Source: Eledone cirrhosa (taxonomy: Eukaryota). From it: a stretch of DNA of 64,000 nucleotides. Where the stretch lies: NCBI GenBank assembly GCA_964016885.1, contig OZ024740.1, positions 320,168,001 through 320,232,000 on the forward strand, read 5' to 3'. The position numbers were made by a program, and so were the translations under genes. Below the pieces are notes generated by a model, which had not been told where the DNA came from, ran no database searches, and was given only the letters and a program-made list of their open reading frames with translations. How positions within the stretch are numbered: position 1 is the first letter of the stretch; every line of letters starts with the position of its first letter. Below, one piece after another: positions 11,741-25,700 of this stretch.

Positions 11741-11920
11741 TGTTTCTGCTTTTGGCACAAGGCCAGCAATTATCCAGTACATTACTGGTACTTTATTTTA
11801 TTGACCTCGTAAGGATGAAAGGCAAAGTTAACCTTGGCGGGATTTGAACTCACACCATAAAGAGCCGTAACTCTTTGCTGCAAAGCATGGCGTCCGGCTC
11901 TCTACCGATACTGCCAATCC
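11741..11920 (-). mobile_element. tRNA-headed SINE with Nin/Deu-like core (partial)
   Basis: Minus strand has B-box GAGTTCAAATCCC and core CCTTTCATCCTT..GGTC.ATAAA...AAAGTACCAG; family recurs at least seven times in the window. Confidence 0.75.
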
Positions 11921-11939
11921 AAATAATAATAATAATAAT

Positions 11940-14900
11940 GGTTTCTTTATTGGCCACAAGGGCTGACATCAAGAAAAACATTACAGACGGCACAGGGCGG
12001 CACAGGGCGGTACAGGACGGTACAGGACGGTACGATGTGGGTTTTGTGCGTGTAAAGATTTTTATTATTTATATTATATAAGAAAAGAAAAAAAAGACAT
12101 AGAAACTTATATATAAACAATAAAAATGAAAATTGAAACAATGAAACATTCCCCAATAGGGGGGAAACCTCCGAGGGTTACTCGTGGCGAAAACCACACA
12201 AAAGACCACGGCCACCCTAACCACCAGGGCAAGCGCCCTCTCTCACTTTCCCACTCCTCAGTCTACAGGCGTATATTCAGAGCGGACCAGACTCGCCACT
12301 TTTACCCACCTTTCAACAAACTTACTAGAAGACAGCACTTGCGTCTCCACCCTAATTTTCCTCTTCAAGTGAAACTTGAAACAGTTAATCAGGGATTAGC
12401 CGGAGAGGAAAGTGTCCGTCTTCAACCCTTTCAATCCTGTCCACCACGCAATCTCTTTCGCCATGGCCACCAGGCAAATGAAAACTGCCTGCCCTTCCTC
12501 CTCTTTAAAGGAGGATGGCGGGGCTATCTGCACAATGAACTCAGTCGATAACCGGATCCGTCCTACACACGACAGCAGCTGTTCGACATAGCTCCACAAG
12601 TCAGCAATCCTCGGACACTTAACGAGTGCGTGCAGGACGGTTACGTCGCCCTGCGTGCATCTCGAACAGGCTCGGCTGACAGCACCTCCGTGCCTGTGGA
12701 GCTTATCCCGAACCGGCAACGCTCCCTGGTAACATTGCCAGGTCAGGGATTTCTGGAAGTTGTCCATAGGCCCCGGTCTGAAAGTTCTCTTGAAGAGAGC
12801 GAACAGCTGATCGTCTTCGTCGCTCTTTCCCTCCACTAGCCCTCTATAGAACGCCGAAGCGGATGTTCTACCGATACTAGTGCCCAGCCGGTAGAGGGCG
12901 GTGAGCGCTTGGAGACATTCCAGCTTCCAAGCGCTATCCCTCGGTCTTTTCCTGATCCAGGACTGCAGCTCCGTCAAGAAGACGAGCTGGGGAAAAGCGC
13001 TTCTGGCAAACGGCGACCACACCTGTTCACCGTCAAGGAAGCACCAGAGATGTCGCAGCCTCAGCGCATGTTTGCGCATCATCAGCCACGGCATGCCTAG
13101 TCCTCCACGCAACGGGTGTTGACAGCAAATGGATCGTCTGACCATGGGAGCACGTCCCTTCAACAAAAAGCGGAAGAGAAGGCGCTCCATTTTGGTCAGA
13201 GTTGGGCGGGGGGAAAGGTACGATGGTCAGGCGGTAGCAGATGACGGACGCTATGTACGCATTCGCCACCTCCCCCCGACCTTTCAGAGACAGCCTCCTC
13301 TCGGCCCATTTCTGGGTGAGAGAGGCCAGCCTGCTTGTCACCTCGCTCAAGTTTTTCTCCATCTGGAGGTCCGGACCGAACCAGACCACGAGCAATTTAA
13401 CCGGTTCTTCCGTCCAGCGCCCCACGACGCTGTCGGACGGCATGGACTTGCCTATCCAGGTGCCGAGTTGCAAGCCCACCGACTTTTCCTGGTTTATCTT
13501 TGCTCCTGTCACCGCTTCGTATTCCTTGAGAGCGGTGCCGAGCATCTGGACGTGTTTGGTGCTCGACACCACCACGGTGACGTCGTCGGTGTAAGCTGAC
13601 ACGGATCTCCCGCATCCCAGTTTGCTTTGGACCCCCCCCCCACTCATCGTCTCCAATTTGTGTAGTAACAGCTCTAGGGCCAATACGTACAAGAGGGACG
13701 AGAGGGCGCAACCCTGGCGGACCGAGCGCATGATGCTGAAAGGCTGCGACAGGTGACCATTCACCCTCACAATCGAGCAGATGTCGCTGTGCATCGGAGC
13801 GATCCAGCCCCTAAAAACGGGCTCGAAGCCGGCCGCCTCGTGGACCGCAGCATGGTCGACCCTATCAAAATCTTTAGATTGATCCAAGTTGATCAGGGCC
13901 CCACCCGTGCCAGGTTCCTTAACCACCCTATCTATGATGTATCACATGAGATGGAGGTTATCGTGGATGGATCTGTCCAGGATCGCGCATGTCTGCACCT
14001 CTCCCACCAGATCACCGACGACAAGCACCAATCTCTTTGCTAACACCTTGGCCAAAATCTTAAACTCTGCGTTTAGCAGAGTTATGTGCCTGAAGTTATA
14101 ACGTCCTCCTTGTTCGGGTCTTTTCTCAGCAGCGCCACCGCTTCCCGGCTCACAAAACTGGGAGTGCTCCCGTTCTGCTGCCAGTTGCAGTAGACATCTG
14201 CCAAGAGGTCGCCGAACTAGTCTGGCATATAGCTCGTAGAGCAGACCATCCAAACCTGGCGATTTACCCCTCGTGCAGTCAAACATCGCGCCCCGTATTT
14301 CACCTGCTGTTATCGGCTTTTCGCAGCACTGTGCTGCGGTCGTCGAGAGCCGCGGCAGTCCGTCGAAGTATGCACCGAAGTCCATACTCCGATCTGGCCC
14401 ACCGCCGCACCCGAACAATTGAGCAAAGTGCTGTTGAAAAGCCGCACACATCTGCTCGTGTTTGAGCAACATGCGCCTATTTCGATCAGGCAAAGACCGA
14501 ATTGTGGACTTGTTACCACGTCGTGCCTTCACCACCCGGGCCCATTGAACGGCTTTCGTCCCCTCGTGTCTTAGAGCACGCGCTCTAGCTGACAACGCAG
14601 CCTTCATCCGGACAACCTACACTAGCCTTATCTGTTTCCCTACAGAATACGCTATCTAAATACGATCTGGAAGACCCGATGCGGTTTGCCCATGTCCACA
14701 TTGGCACATTCGGATAATCCAGTCTATACCTGTCAGACAGTTCAAAACCTCTGAGCAGGTTGTTGAGGCTTTTACACCCTCCTGTCCTGTCTACTAGCCC
14801 CACATAATCCCAGCGTGCATCTAAGATACCGTTCCAGTCGCCCACTAACACTAAAGAGCGGGACGTTCCAAGAAAGGTCTCTAGACGTCTGAAGAAATCT

Positions 14901-17462
14901 GGCCGTCCTTCCCCTGTTGGAGCGTAGACGGCTACTAGCCTGAATGCATTGCCTTCACTGCCGGTGACGTCCAGCACCACCGACTTACTTTCTGGGTCCA
15001 GGAAGATGGCCCGTATGGCGAGATCCAAGCCTCTCCGAAAAAGCACGGCAACCCTTCCCCCGATCCTGGACGGCTGGGGGATGCGTATACATCGTAGCCG
15101 CCGAAGATCGGTGCGAAGGCTCGTGCTTCGGAGATTCTGGTCTCGCTGATGGCCACCACATCTATGTTTAGTGACCTGAGGTCGTTGAGCAGGTGACCCT
15201 GCTTCCAAGATGACCCCAGACCACGTACATTTATACTGCCTATTCTAAGTTCGGCCATGTTGGATGAGAAACGGGGTAAGTGAGAAAGGATCACTTACCT
15301 TGATCGTGTGGTGAAGGGACAGTAGAACCGTCCCTTTGGCTGGTCATGGGTGTTTCCAAGAGGATGTAGGTGTATATCCTCTTGGTAACCGACCCTCTGA
15401 AGTCTACAACTGCGTTGGGGAGTTTTTGTTTTAAAACTTTGTAATGTTCTATTGAGATTTCAATGATGTTTATATTTGTCAGGAGAGTTCTTGGTGTTGG
15501 TGGGGTGTAGTAGTTTGTTTGTGATGTCTGTGTGCTGCTTTATGTGTTGTAGGAGTTCTTTATTTGCCATGTTTATGGCTGTGTACTGTTTGGGGGGAGG
15601 GGCGATTTTGTTACTGTTTTTTTGTTGTTGCTGTTGGGTGTGTGGGTTGTGTTGTGTTTGCGATGTTGGTGTTTTTGGTGATGCTGATGGTGGTGGTGTG
15701 GTTGTTGTTGGTGGTGATGCTTGTGGTGGTGATGGTGGTGGTGTTGCTGCAAGTCTCCTTGCAGCCTTTACCCCTCTTTGTTTGCCTCCGCTTTTGGAGG
15801 GTGAAGCTAAGGGTTTTTTTTCTTTTTTGTTTTGTTTTTTGTGGCAGACCATTTGCCTCTGCTCTCCCGCCTCATACTCCGTGTCAGATTCCGTGGTGTC
15901 TGGTAGGGGTATGAGCTCCACTGCTGTTGGTGGTGGTAGTGGAGCCCGCTCTGGCAATTTTGCCGTCGGTGTAGCTATTGCGACTGTTGGTGTTGCCGCC
16001 ACTGCTGTCGCTGCTTTAGTTGTCCGTGGCCTTGGTATGGGTGCCACAGACGTTGCCCTCCTATTCTCTATGGAAGGGTCTTCTGCCTCTGTTGCCTGCC
16101 CTGCTCTTGGTAGCAGCGGATCAGGCGTCGAAAGGAGGGGCGCCCTCTTCTTGGCTGTCTTCTGCGGGCAGAAGGCCCTGGGGTGACCCTTCTGCCCACA
16201 GAGATAGCACTTTGGGCACCTTCCTTCCACGCTTATAGGGAGTTGGAGTCCTTCCTCGAGGTCTATGATGTATAGGATGGCCTCGATGCCGTCGTGGTCT
16301 GTTTGTATTAGCATTTGCATACCTATTCCTGACCAGTTTTCTCTTCCCATTCTCTGTATTTGCAGTATGGAAGTCTCTCCTCGATTCCAGCATGTACAGA
16401 CGCGGCCAGCCAAGGTATGGGCACGTCGAGCGGGGCCTGGGTCACTTTGACCCTCACAATTTTCTGCCCACAGTAGGAGGGCACTAAGACTATCTCCTCA
16501 CTCTTTAGGGTTTCTAAAGAGTGAGACTTCGCCTCTTGGGGAGTGGCGAAAAGTACGTCTACTGTGGCGTACTTTTTGCCTCGGGTGATGTGGGTTTTGC
16601 GCGTCCAGACGCACCCCAAGGCCTTTTGAGTTTGAACCTCCGTGGCTCTCTCCACCCGATGTGACATTTTGCTTACGGTGCGGTAAGTTACCGTGCGCAG
16701 CTGCTGGTCTTCGAAGAAATCGGGTGGAGGTTTCAGGGAAACTCTATTGTTGTTTCTCAACACCATGGCTCTTGCGACTGCCATCTCCTCCTCCGTGACT
16801 AGCACTGTCTCTATATTTCGGGCCACACCTGCGAAAGAAGTGGCCCCTTTTTCAGCGGCACCATTATTGCTGCCGCTACTGCTGCTACTGGTCTTGTTGT
16901 GGGTGCTGTTGCTGTTGCTGCTGCTACAAACGGTGTTGTTGCTGTTATCACTGTTGTAGTTGGTTGTGTTTTTGGTGCCACTGTTGTTGTTGTTTTAGGT
17001 GCAATTTGTATTGTTGCTGTTGGTGTAGTCGTTCTTTATTTTCTTGTTAGTGGTGTTAATATCGTTGTTGCATTTGTTGTCATTTTTTTCTGTTGTCTGT
17101 ATTTTGGTTGTCACTGTTATTGTTGTAGTTGGTGTGGTAATTTTTTAAAAATTAGTGTTCTCAGTATTGTTTTCTTTGATCTCGTTGTTTGTGGTGGTTT
17201 TTGTTGTATGAATTTCTGTAACCCTCCACTCAACTTTTACGCCGTAGTCACACGACAGCAAACATATGGGGGCGTGTCTCAGCCATGTTTTTTTTATATT
17301 TTTTAAAAGTAAAATGTTCAAATATTATCAAATATTTGCCTTCACATGGCAAAGTCCAAGGGCTTATACCCCTTACACAACAAGAAAAATTAAACAACAA
17401 ATAATTATAACAGGTAAATAAAGCGACTTACTGGGAGCGAGCAAAAAGCGTCCGAACAGACC
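11940..17462 (-). mobile_element. Tx1 copy C, full length with internal deletions and frameshifts
   Basis: ORF2 pieces 12263-15258; ORF1 pieces ~15292-17287 (CYLCGQKGHPRAFC); flanked by (AAT)n at 11922-11939 and 17463-17485. Confidence 0.92.
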
Positions 17463-17493
17463 AATAATAATAATAATAATAATAATATATATT

Positions 17494-19680
17494 CTCTTTT
17501 ACTCTTTTACCTGTTCCATTCATCCGACTGGGGCCTTTCTGGGGCACCGCCATTGTTGCTACACATTCTATCTCCAGCCTGTGTTGGCTGGTCATTGGTG
17601 TAAGATGGAGTTCGTTGCTGCTGGCGTTGGGTTACCTTAGTACCGTGCTGTGGGCTCATCCGGGATCCTGGATAGCAGGTGTCAAAATGTTTCTTGAAAG
17701 CATCCACGTCCACACCATGCAGATCTCTCAAATTTCTTGGCAGTTTGATGAAGAGTTGAGGGCCTTTGAATCCCAGGCTATTACAATATCTTCTCTTTAT
17801 TCTAGATGTGAAAAACGGGACCTTTGGTACCACACAGGGACGTCTTGTTCGGTGTTGGTCCAGCTCTAAATGTCAAAGTTTGGTGCTAGACCCTCTAGGA
17901 TTTTCCATATGTATATCCCTATCTCTTCCGTCTTCATTCCAAGGAGTAGAGTTTCGTTTCTTTTAGCCTCTCCTAGTAGCTCATCTTCTTCATCGTGGCA
18001 ATCCTCTTGGTGTAGCTTCGTTGCATTGCCTCAAGCTCCGTGGTTAGTTTGATACTATGGGGTGACCACAGTTGGGAGCAGTAGTCCAGTCGGCTTAAGA
18101 CAAATGTCCTCCATAGTATCAATATGGTCTCTCGATCTCTTCTCCGGAAAGTCCTCAAGATTCAGCCAGCGAGTCGTCTGCACATTGTCGCTACCCTTAT
18201 GATGTGTGAAGAAAATGATGCATCGTCGCTCATGTCTATCCCCAGGTCTCGTATCGATTTCGACACGGGGATTTTGATCCCTCCTGGTCCGGCATAGCTG
18301 TGTTGTACTGTATTTGTGTTTGTCGGTTGGTATTGTAGGGCTTGAAATTTTCCAGCATTAAACTGCGTATTGTTGTCCTCAGCCCATTTGTATATGGCAT
18401 CCAGATCTTGTAAAGGGCAGCATCAGCCGGGTTTTTGATTGCCTGTGCTACCTTTGTATCATCAGCATAGCTAGTGAGGCATGTCGTATGTACTACAGAG
18501 GGCATGTCTGAGAGAGCCACGAAAAACAGTAGTGGTCCCAAGACTGTGCCCTGGGGCACCACACTTGTTATTGATGTTTCCTTTGAGAGGGCCCCATTGG
18601 CTGCAACTGCCTGGCTTCTGTCTTTTAAGAAATAATGCAGCCACTCACCTACTTTTTCAGTTATGCCGAGTCTGTGTAATTTGTGACATATGATTCCGTG
18701 GTCGCCCTTGTCAAAAGCCTTCGCAAAGTCAAGATGTATCACGTCCACATGTGAGCTGTCCAGCAGTTGTTTAAGTACCCAGTCATAGTGCTGTAACAGC
18801 TGCGTGTTAGTTTGGCGGTCGTTTTTCTCGAGGAACGTGATCATCTTCTTTCTGATAATTCGTACCATGATCTTATTGATATGTGACGTCAGGAGACTGG
18901 CCTGTAGGTTTTTGCCTCCGCTCTGCTTCCACCTTTATGGATAGGGCATATTGTGCCTTCTTTTATCTCTCTGGATAGTTTACCGCTAGCCAAAGAACTT
19001 CTGAAGAGAAACTTCAGTGTTCTTGCTAAGGCACGTTTACATGTTTTTAGGAGAACTGCTGGGAATCCATTACGTCCAACAGCTGAGTTTGTTCTAATTT
19101 CTTCTATGGCGGATATCACATCTTCCTCCGTTATGTCTATGTGGTTGACAGTCGCCATTTCTGCATGGAGTGTTGTGGCATCAAAGAAATCTCTGGCTTT
19201 GTTATTTGCATGTGCTGCTTCAATGGGGGTTTGAACACACTTTTGTACTGTTCATTCAGTATTTCACTTATACCTTGGGGATCCATTTTTATGGAAACGT
19301 GGCCCAATCTTGCAGTGTACCGAGGCAGTTTCTTTTGCAAATTTAAAGAAGGCTTAGGGTTTTAATATTTTCTATAGCCCTGGCTTCTCTCTCTGCCCTC
19401 GCCTTCTCATGGGAAAGTGTGAGTGCAGTTTCAATTTCAAGTAGTGCCTGTTTCAGATAGGGTTCCTTCTTGTTCTTCTGTTGTGCATTTAACTGGTTTG
19501 AGAGCTTAGTTCTTCGTCTCATAAGGATTTTCCTGTCTCTGGGAATAAGATTTTTGTGTTCGTTGGCCTTTTTCTCCGGGACAAACTTATGGCATAAGGT
19601 TTGTATTGTTGTCATGAAATGTTGAAAATGTGTGTTGGTGCCTTGTGTGGTGATGTCGCTCCAGGTCATTTGACTTTTGG
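17494..19680 (-). mobile_element. Decayed CR1/L2-type LINE (RT and 3' end)
   Basis: DFAKAFD, VPQGTVLGPLLF, YADDTK, FVLSRLDYCSQLWSP, YRPVS; 3' tail of short (GTAAAAGA) repeats. Confidence 0.85.
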
Positions 19681-19749
19681 TAGGTAGCATTCTGGAGGGG
19701 TGGCCGAGGTAGAGAGTCTAGGTGTGTCGTGGATGTTAATGGGTTGCAT

Positions 19750-20317
19750 TTCATGCGTGTGCACTATTGCTTCTGCATGTGTTGGTAGCGGTGCACGTGC
19801 ATTTGGCTGTGAATATGTTATGTAGTATTTTTGTGTATGCATGTGCGTGTATGTTTTCAATGTGTGTGTGTATGTGTGTGCGCGTCTGTTTACGTGTGTG
19901 TGTGCACGTGTGTGTCTCTCTGTGTGTGTCTCTGTGTGTACATGTGTGTGTCTGTGATTTGTTTTTGTATTATTTTTGTGTGCACGTTTGTGTGTGTGTA
20001 TGTTTATGGGCCGGATCTTTTTAGTATTGTTGCGCATGTGCGCTTGCGTATATGTGCAAGTTTTTGTATGAGTGTGTGCGTGCATATTCACGTGTATCTG
20101 GCTGTTTTGTATTGTTTGTGTGTGTGTATACACGTGTGTGTCTGTGAATTATTTTGTTTTTGTTTTGCTTTTGTGTGCTTGTGTGTACACACACATAAGT
20201 GTGTGTATTGGGGGGGGGGTACTTTTGTGTGTGTGTGAGTGTGTATATACATGTGTGTGTATGTTTTCTGAGTGCATGCCTGTGCACGTATATGTGTGTG
20301 TGTATGTGTATGTGTAT

Positions 20318-20406
<89 letters not shown>

Positions 20407-21242
20407 CGAATACACACGTGTTTGTGTCTGAATGAGGTTTTTTGGTGTGAGTGTGGGTCCGTGCATGTAACTGCTGTTTTTGTATATGTCCTGGTCCATC
20501 TTGCGTGTGTGGTCAGAGCTGGGTTCTTTCAGGAAGTGGCTAGAGGCGGAAGTGGTTAGGGGGAGAGAAAGGAGGGGACTGGTTATGGCGCACGCAGAAC
20601 GGAAGTGGTTTGGGATGGGAGCTGTTGTGGCTGTGTGGGTGCATGTGTGTATGTGTACATGTGTATGTGTCCATGTGTGCGTGTGAGTGTGCGTGTGCGT
20701 GCGTGTGCATGTGCATGTGTGTGCATGTGTGTGTGTGTGTGCATGTGTGTGTGTGTGTGTGTGTGCATGTGTATGTGCATGTGTGTGTACATGTGTGTGT
20801 GTACATGTGCGTGCATATGTGTGTGTATGAGCGTGTGCACATGTGTGTGTGCATGTGTGTGTGCATGTGTGTGAGCATGTGTGTGAGCATGTGTGTGTAT
20901 GTGCATGTGTATGTGTGTGCATGTGTGTGTGTGCATGTGTATGTGTATGTGTGTTCATGTGTGTGCATATCTGTGTATGTGTGTGTGTGCATGTATGTGT
21001 GTGTACATGTGTGCGTTCATGTGTGCGTGTATGTGTGCATGTGTGTGTGCATGTGTGTGCATGTGTGTGAGCATTGTGTATGCGGATGTGTGTATGTGCA
21101 TGTGTGTGTGTGCATGTGTGTTCATGTATGTGTGTGTGTGTGTATGTGTGAGTATGTGTGTGTGTGTGTGTGTGTGTGAGTGTGTGTGTGTGTGCGTGTG
21201 TGTGAGTATGTGTGTGTGTGTGTGTGTGCGTGCGCGCGTGTG

Positions 21243-21275
<33 letters not shown>

Positions 21276-21310
21276 ACATGTATGCGTATGAGTGTGCGTG
21301 TGTGTTTGTG
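19750..21310. repeat. Long degenerate (TG)n/(TGCA) microsatellite array
   Basis: Direct inspection; the His/Thr and Val/Cys ORFs here are repeat translations. Confidence 0.95.
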
Positions 21311-21520
21311 ATAAAAGAGTGTAGTGTGAATGCAGTAAGAAGAGTTAGTTAAAGAACATTAGAGACAGAGGAGTTAAAAGTTAAAACAAACCAGGCTTTG
21401 TTTAGAAATAAAAAAAAAAACAAGAAACAAAACAAAAGACCGGAAAAGATGGGAAAGAGTAAGGATTGTTGAGCAACAAAAGAAAGGAGAAAGTGAATAG
21501 AGTGACAGACTCAACACCTA

Positions 21521-21933
21521 CTCTCGGGTCACGAATAATCATCCACCCTTATTAATTTTTCAGAATTTCTCCACCCCAACCCCTGCTCTTATTCCACCCC
21601 CCACCCCCACTTATTAAATTTTGCTAATCTATCTTCAGTGAAATTTTATTTTAAGCCTTTCTGTGACAATTAATTTTCTTAATATATTAAAAACATTATA
21701 TAAGACAAAACAAAGTACATTATTAGAAATCCCATATGTTATAAAATAAATGGGATGGGTGGGGGTCTCAATATGTAAACTAAACGACTAATTCTGTTTT
21801 TTTTTTAAATCAATGGCGGAAACAGCCGAGAAAAATTACCGATTTTCCACCACCTCCCCTCCTTCACTTATTCCAGCCCCCGTTTATTCCACCCTTTCCG
21901 CTTAATCCACCCCTATTGCCAGAGACCCGAAAG
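21521..21933. mobile_element. Tc1/mariner/pogo-type MITE
   Basis: TA|CTCTCGGGTC ... GACCCGAAAG|TA terminal inverted repeats with TA flanks; repeated subterminal ATTCCACCC/CTTATT motifs; no ORF. Confidence 0.7.
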
Positions 21934-22007
21934 TAAGTCTAGCAGCGGTTAGTTGTTGGTGTGAAAGTTGCCTGTTAGTCTACCGTAGTAGAAACATGCG
22001 ACGGTCA

Positions 22008-22575
22008 GCTGACCAAGATACACTCATGGAATGACCAAATGAGGTTTATTTTTCAACATAGTCACTGGAAAAAACAATGAAGTTATTAATAATAAGAGTT
22101 GAAATTAATACATGCAAGATTTCACAGCTCTAGCATCACTCCTTCATAGGCTGACCAAGATACTCTCAGGGAATGACCAAATGAGGTTTATTTTTCAACG
22201 TTAGTCCATAGAAAAAACAATGAAGTTATTAATAAGAGGAGATGAAATTAATACATGCAAGATTTCACAGCTCTAGCATCACTCCTTCATAGGCTGACCA
22301 AGATACTCTCATGGAATGACCAAATGAGGTTTATTTTTCAACGTTAGTCAATGGAAAAAAGCAATGAAGCTATTAATAAGAAGAGTTGAAATTGATATAT
22401 GCAAGATTTCACAGCTCTAGCTTCACTCCTTTATAGGCTGACCAAGATACTCTCATGGAATGACCAAATGCGGTTTATTTTTCAACGTTAGTCCATAGAA
22501 AAAACAATGAAGTTATTAATAAGAGGAGATGAAATTAATACATGCAAGATTCCACAGCTCTAGCATCACTCCTTC
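22008..22575. repeat. Minisatellite, four copies of a 142-144 bp unit
   Basis: Units begin GCTGACCAAGATAC at 22008, 22150, 22293 and 22437. Confidence 0.95.
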
Positions 22576-22796
22576 TTAATTAGCCTACCCTCGTACATTT
22601 ATATATTATTCCTGTGATACATGGGGCATTTGATTAATTGGTTATATAGCTAACTGTCTCAACATTCATCTTAAGAAGCTGGTCTTCACCAAATCAATAA
22701 AAGACTCGGATAATTAGGAAATTACAATTATGATTGCTATTACAAGCAATTGATAGAGTTGCACATACATACATACAAACATACATACATATATAC

Positions 22797-25700
22797 AGTC
22801 AACGCGATCAGTCGCATATGTTGGCGTGGGAGACTATATATTAAATTTAAAATTAATACTATCTCCGACAGTAATGCCACAACTACAGTCATGTTGAATA
22901 ACTGGTTATTCTTCTAACTATATCTTCTGAAGACACCTTTTATTCGAATTCGTAGAGATATCCGACTAAATACATAATTCATTTTACAAGGATTTGCTAC
23001 AAACAGCACGGCTGAATACAACATCAACAACAAAATTAAGGAAGTACCGAAGACAAATAACAAGGAAGGTAAACAAACTTTATTCAGTTGTAGCTACAAA
23101 AGAAACCGAAATTATAAATCGCATTTCTCTTGGAGTTGCGAACTTAATAATGATTTATTTAATTGTTATAAAATGGCAAAAAGCAATCCCTCCATTGGCT
23201 ATATGAACCGAATGAAGCTACACTGGGACGAAATGCACCCAGAGCTAAATTATTTCACAGCGAAACAATTACGCCAACAAGCGACGTTTGTTGAACGTAA
23301 ACATAAGCTAAATATTATTAATTGTAAGTCCCCCACAACAAACATAGGATCAACAACACGTACTACAGGTCGCCATGCTACTAGACTTCCTAGCAGCCAG
23401 GTCGAACAGCGCCTAGAAACAACTATGCCTGTAAGAAACATGACACCACCTGTACCATCTAAGTCTACCTCGAATGCTGGGGAAAACACTATCGATAATG
23501 ATAATAATCAAAAGTATAAACAATTGAAAATTTCCCTCAACGAAATCTTCCAGAGAGAAATTAATTCATGTATAAATATCTCTCTTGCTGAACGTATTAA
23601 AACGACAATGTTTAATAATAAACCAAATAATGAAATATTACGTGTTATTGACGAAATAGGGGATGAATATTTACGACGGATAAAAACCCCAACATTTTGG
23701 TAAATCAACGCCTGTTTATATGCCTTAGCAACGACAGTGAAGCATTATCTTGGTGATAGCAGAGATATTAACAAGAACAAAACACTACCAAATATACCAT
23801 CATATATAACTAAAATAGAAAAAGAAATTGCTGACCTACGAAAAACCATAGGATATGTGACAATGCTCCTTACATGCAAACAAACACAAAAAAACCTCGC
23901 TCCTCACCAACAAACAGTGAAAAATAAAATACGATGTTTGGTAACAGTAGAACCAGAACTCTCCAATATAAGCTGATCACCCTCAAACAAGAATTGAGAG
24001 CTGTTAGCAAAAAAAGCCGATACCTGAAGAAAGTAAATGAGAGAAAAGTGCTTAATAAAAGATTCAGACGAAACCAAACATCAGTCTATAGAGATATGAA
24101 GGGCAAAATAATAAGTGTCACTGAGACCCAATCCTAGAAAGACATAGATTTCTTTTGGAGCAAAATATGGGGTGAAAAGAAGAATTTCAATCAAGATGCA
24201 GTGTAGCTAAGAGAAATCCGAAAGAACCATTATATACGAAATAAGTGAGGGTACCCTTGAGACTGTGATAGGAAAACTCCAAGATAAGAAAACACCAGGA
24301 AGAGACATGATTGTCGGCTACTGGTACAAAAAACTGATATTCTATCGGAGGTATCTTACTGACCTCTACCAACAAATTCTTAAGGGAGATACACTTATAC
24401 CAGAATGGTTGACATTAGCACAAACATTACTGGTCCTCAAGAACAAAGACACCCACTTGGCAAAAAACTACCGACCCATTGCATGCCAGAACCTGATGTA
24501 TAAGATGTATACAGCCTGCCTGAACCTATTCCTCCAAGATCACTGTGAAAATAATAACATCATCACAGATGAACAAGCAGCTGGAAAGAAAAGGGTTTGG
24601 GGATGTGCTAAACAACTCCTAATCAACAAAACTGCGATGTCGGAGGTGCGACAACTTAGGAGGAATATGACTACAGTCTGGCTGGACTACAAGAAAGCTT
24701 TCGGTTCTGTTCCCCACTCTTGGATGATAGAGGCCCTCCAACTTGCTAAAGTCCCAGACATTATTGTCAGAGCCATAGAGAGGCTGTCTTCTTCTTGGGC
24801 TACTATCCTAAGGTTAAAGACAGAGAGGGAGGACTCTATTTTCACTGATAAAATAAAATATTGCAGGGGTATATTTCAGGGGGACAGTCTCTCTGTGATA
24901 TTATTCATCTTGTCATTAAACTCCTTGTCATTTCTGCTCAAGAAATGTCAGCGATAAATCATTGGCTTACAGGAGGACAGAAATACGAACCTAACCCATA
25001 ATTTCTTTGTGGACGATCTGAAACTCTATGCCAAGAACATGGATGGGATGAAGAAAAATCTTGACCTGGTTACAATGTTCTCAAAGGATATAGGAATGGA
25101 GTTTGGCCAAAATAAATCCTCATACATGACTGTAAAGCGGGGAAAAACATCAACCCAATCTAGCAACATTGTCATCAATAGCCTAACCATTTCACCGATA
25201 TCTGATGAGGTCTGCTACAGATACCTGGGGATAGATGAGAACATATCCTATAATAGTATCTGTAATAAGGAACGCGTAACCGGGGAATACTACTCCCGAT
25301 TAAGAAAGATTTGCAAAACAAAAACACCCGATTAAGAAAGATTTGCAAAACAAAACAGTGGCTCACAATGTGTTTGCTGTGCCTGTCCTAACACCAACGT
25401 TTGGAATACTCAATTGGACGATAGACGAAATCCGAGCAGTTGATGTTGGAACTCGAAAAATACTAAACAACACCGGAAACTTCCACATCAACAGTGACAT
25501 AGATCGCCTTTACTTGAAACGTAAGCAGGGAGGCAGAAGCCTAACATCAGTCCAGACAACATTTGAATGTCGCATCATATCTCTCCGACAACATCTACGA
25601 ACCTCGAAGCGTAGGAGCCCGCTTCTCGAGCAAATCTATCTGCACGAAACAGATAAGATCATGAGAGTTGGCAAGGAACTCCTCGAGAGATATTCCCTGC

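Noticed and set aside
19666-21291. Long His/Thr-rich and Val/Cys-rich ORFs (up to 376 aa)
   Set aside because: Translations of (CA)n/(TG)n microsatellite; the same applies to the YVCM, IYIY and ERER ORFs elsewhere.
22008-22575. CRISPR-like regularly spaced repeats
   Set aside because: Whole units repeat with no unique spacers, there are no cas genes, and the context is eukaryotic.
25295-25356. ~30-bp tandem duplication in the R4 element
   Set aside because: Ordinary post-insertion decay.
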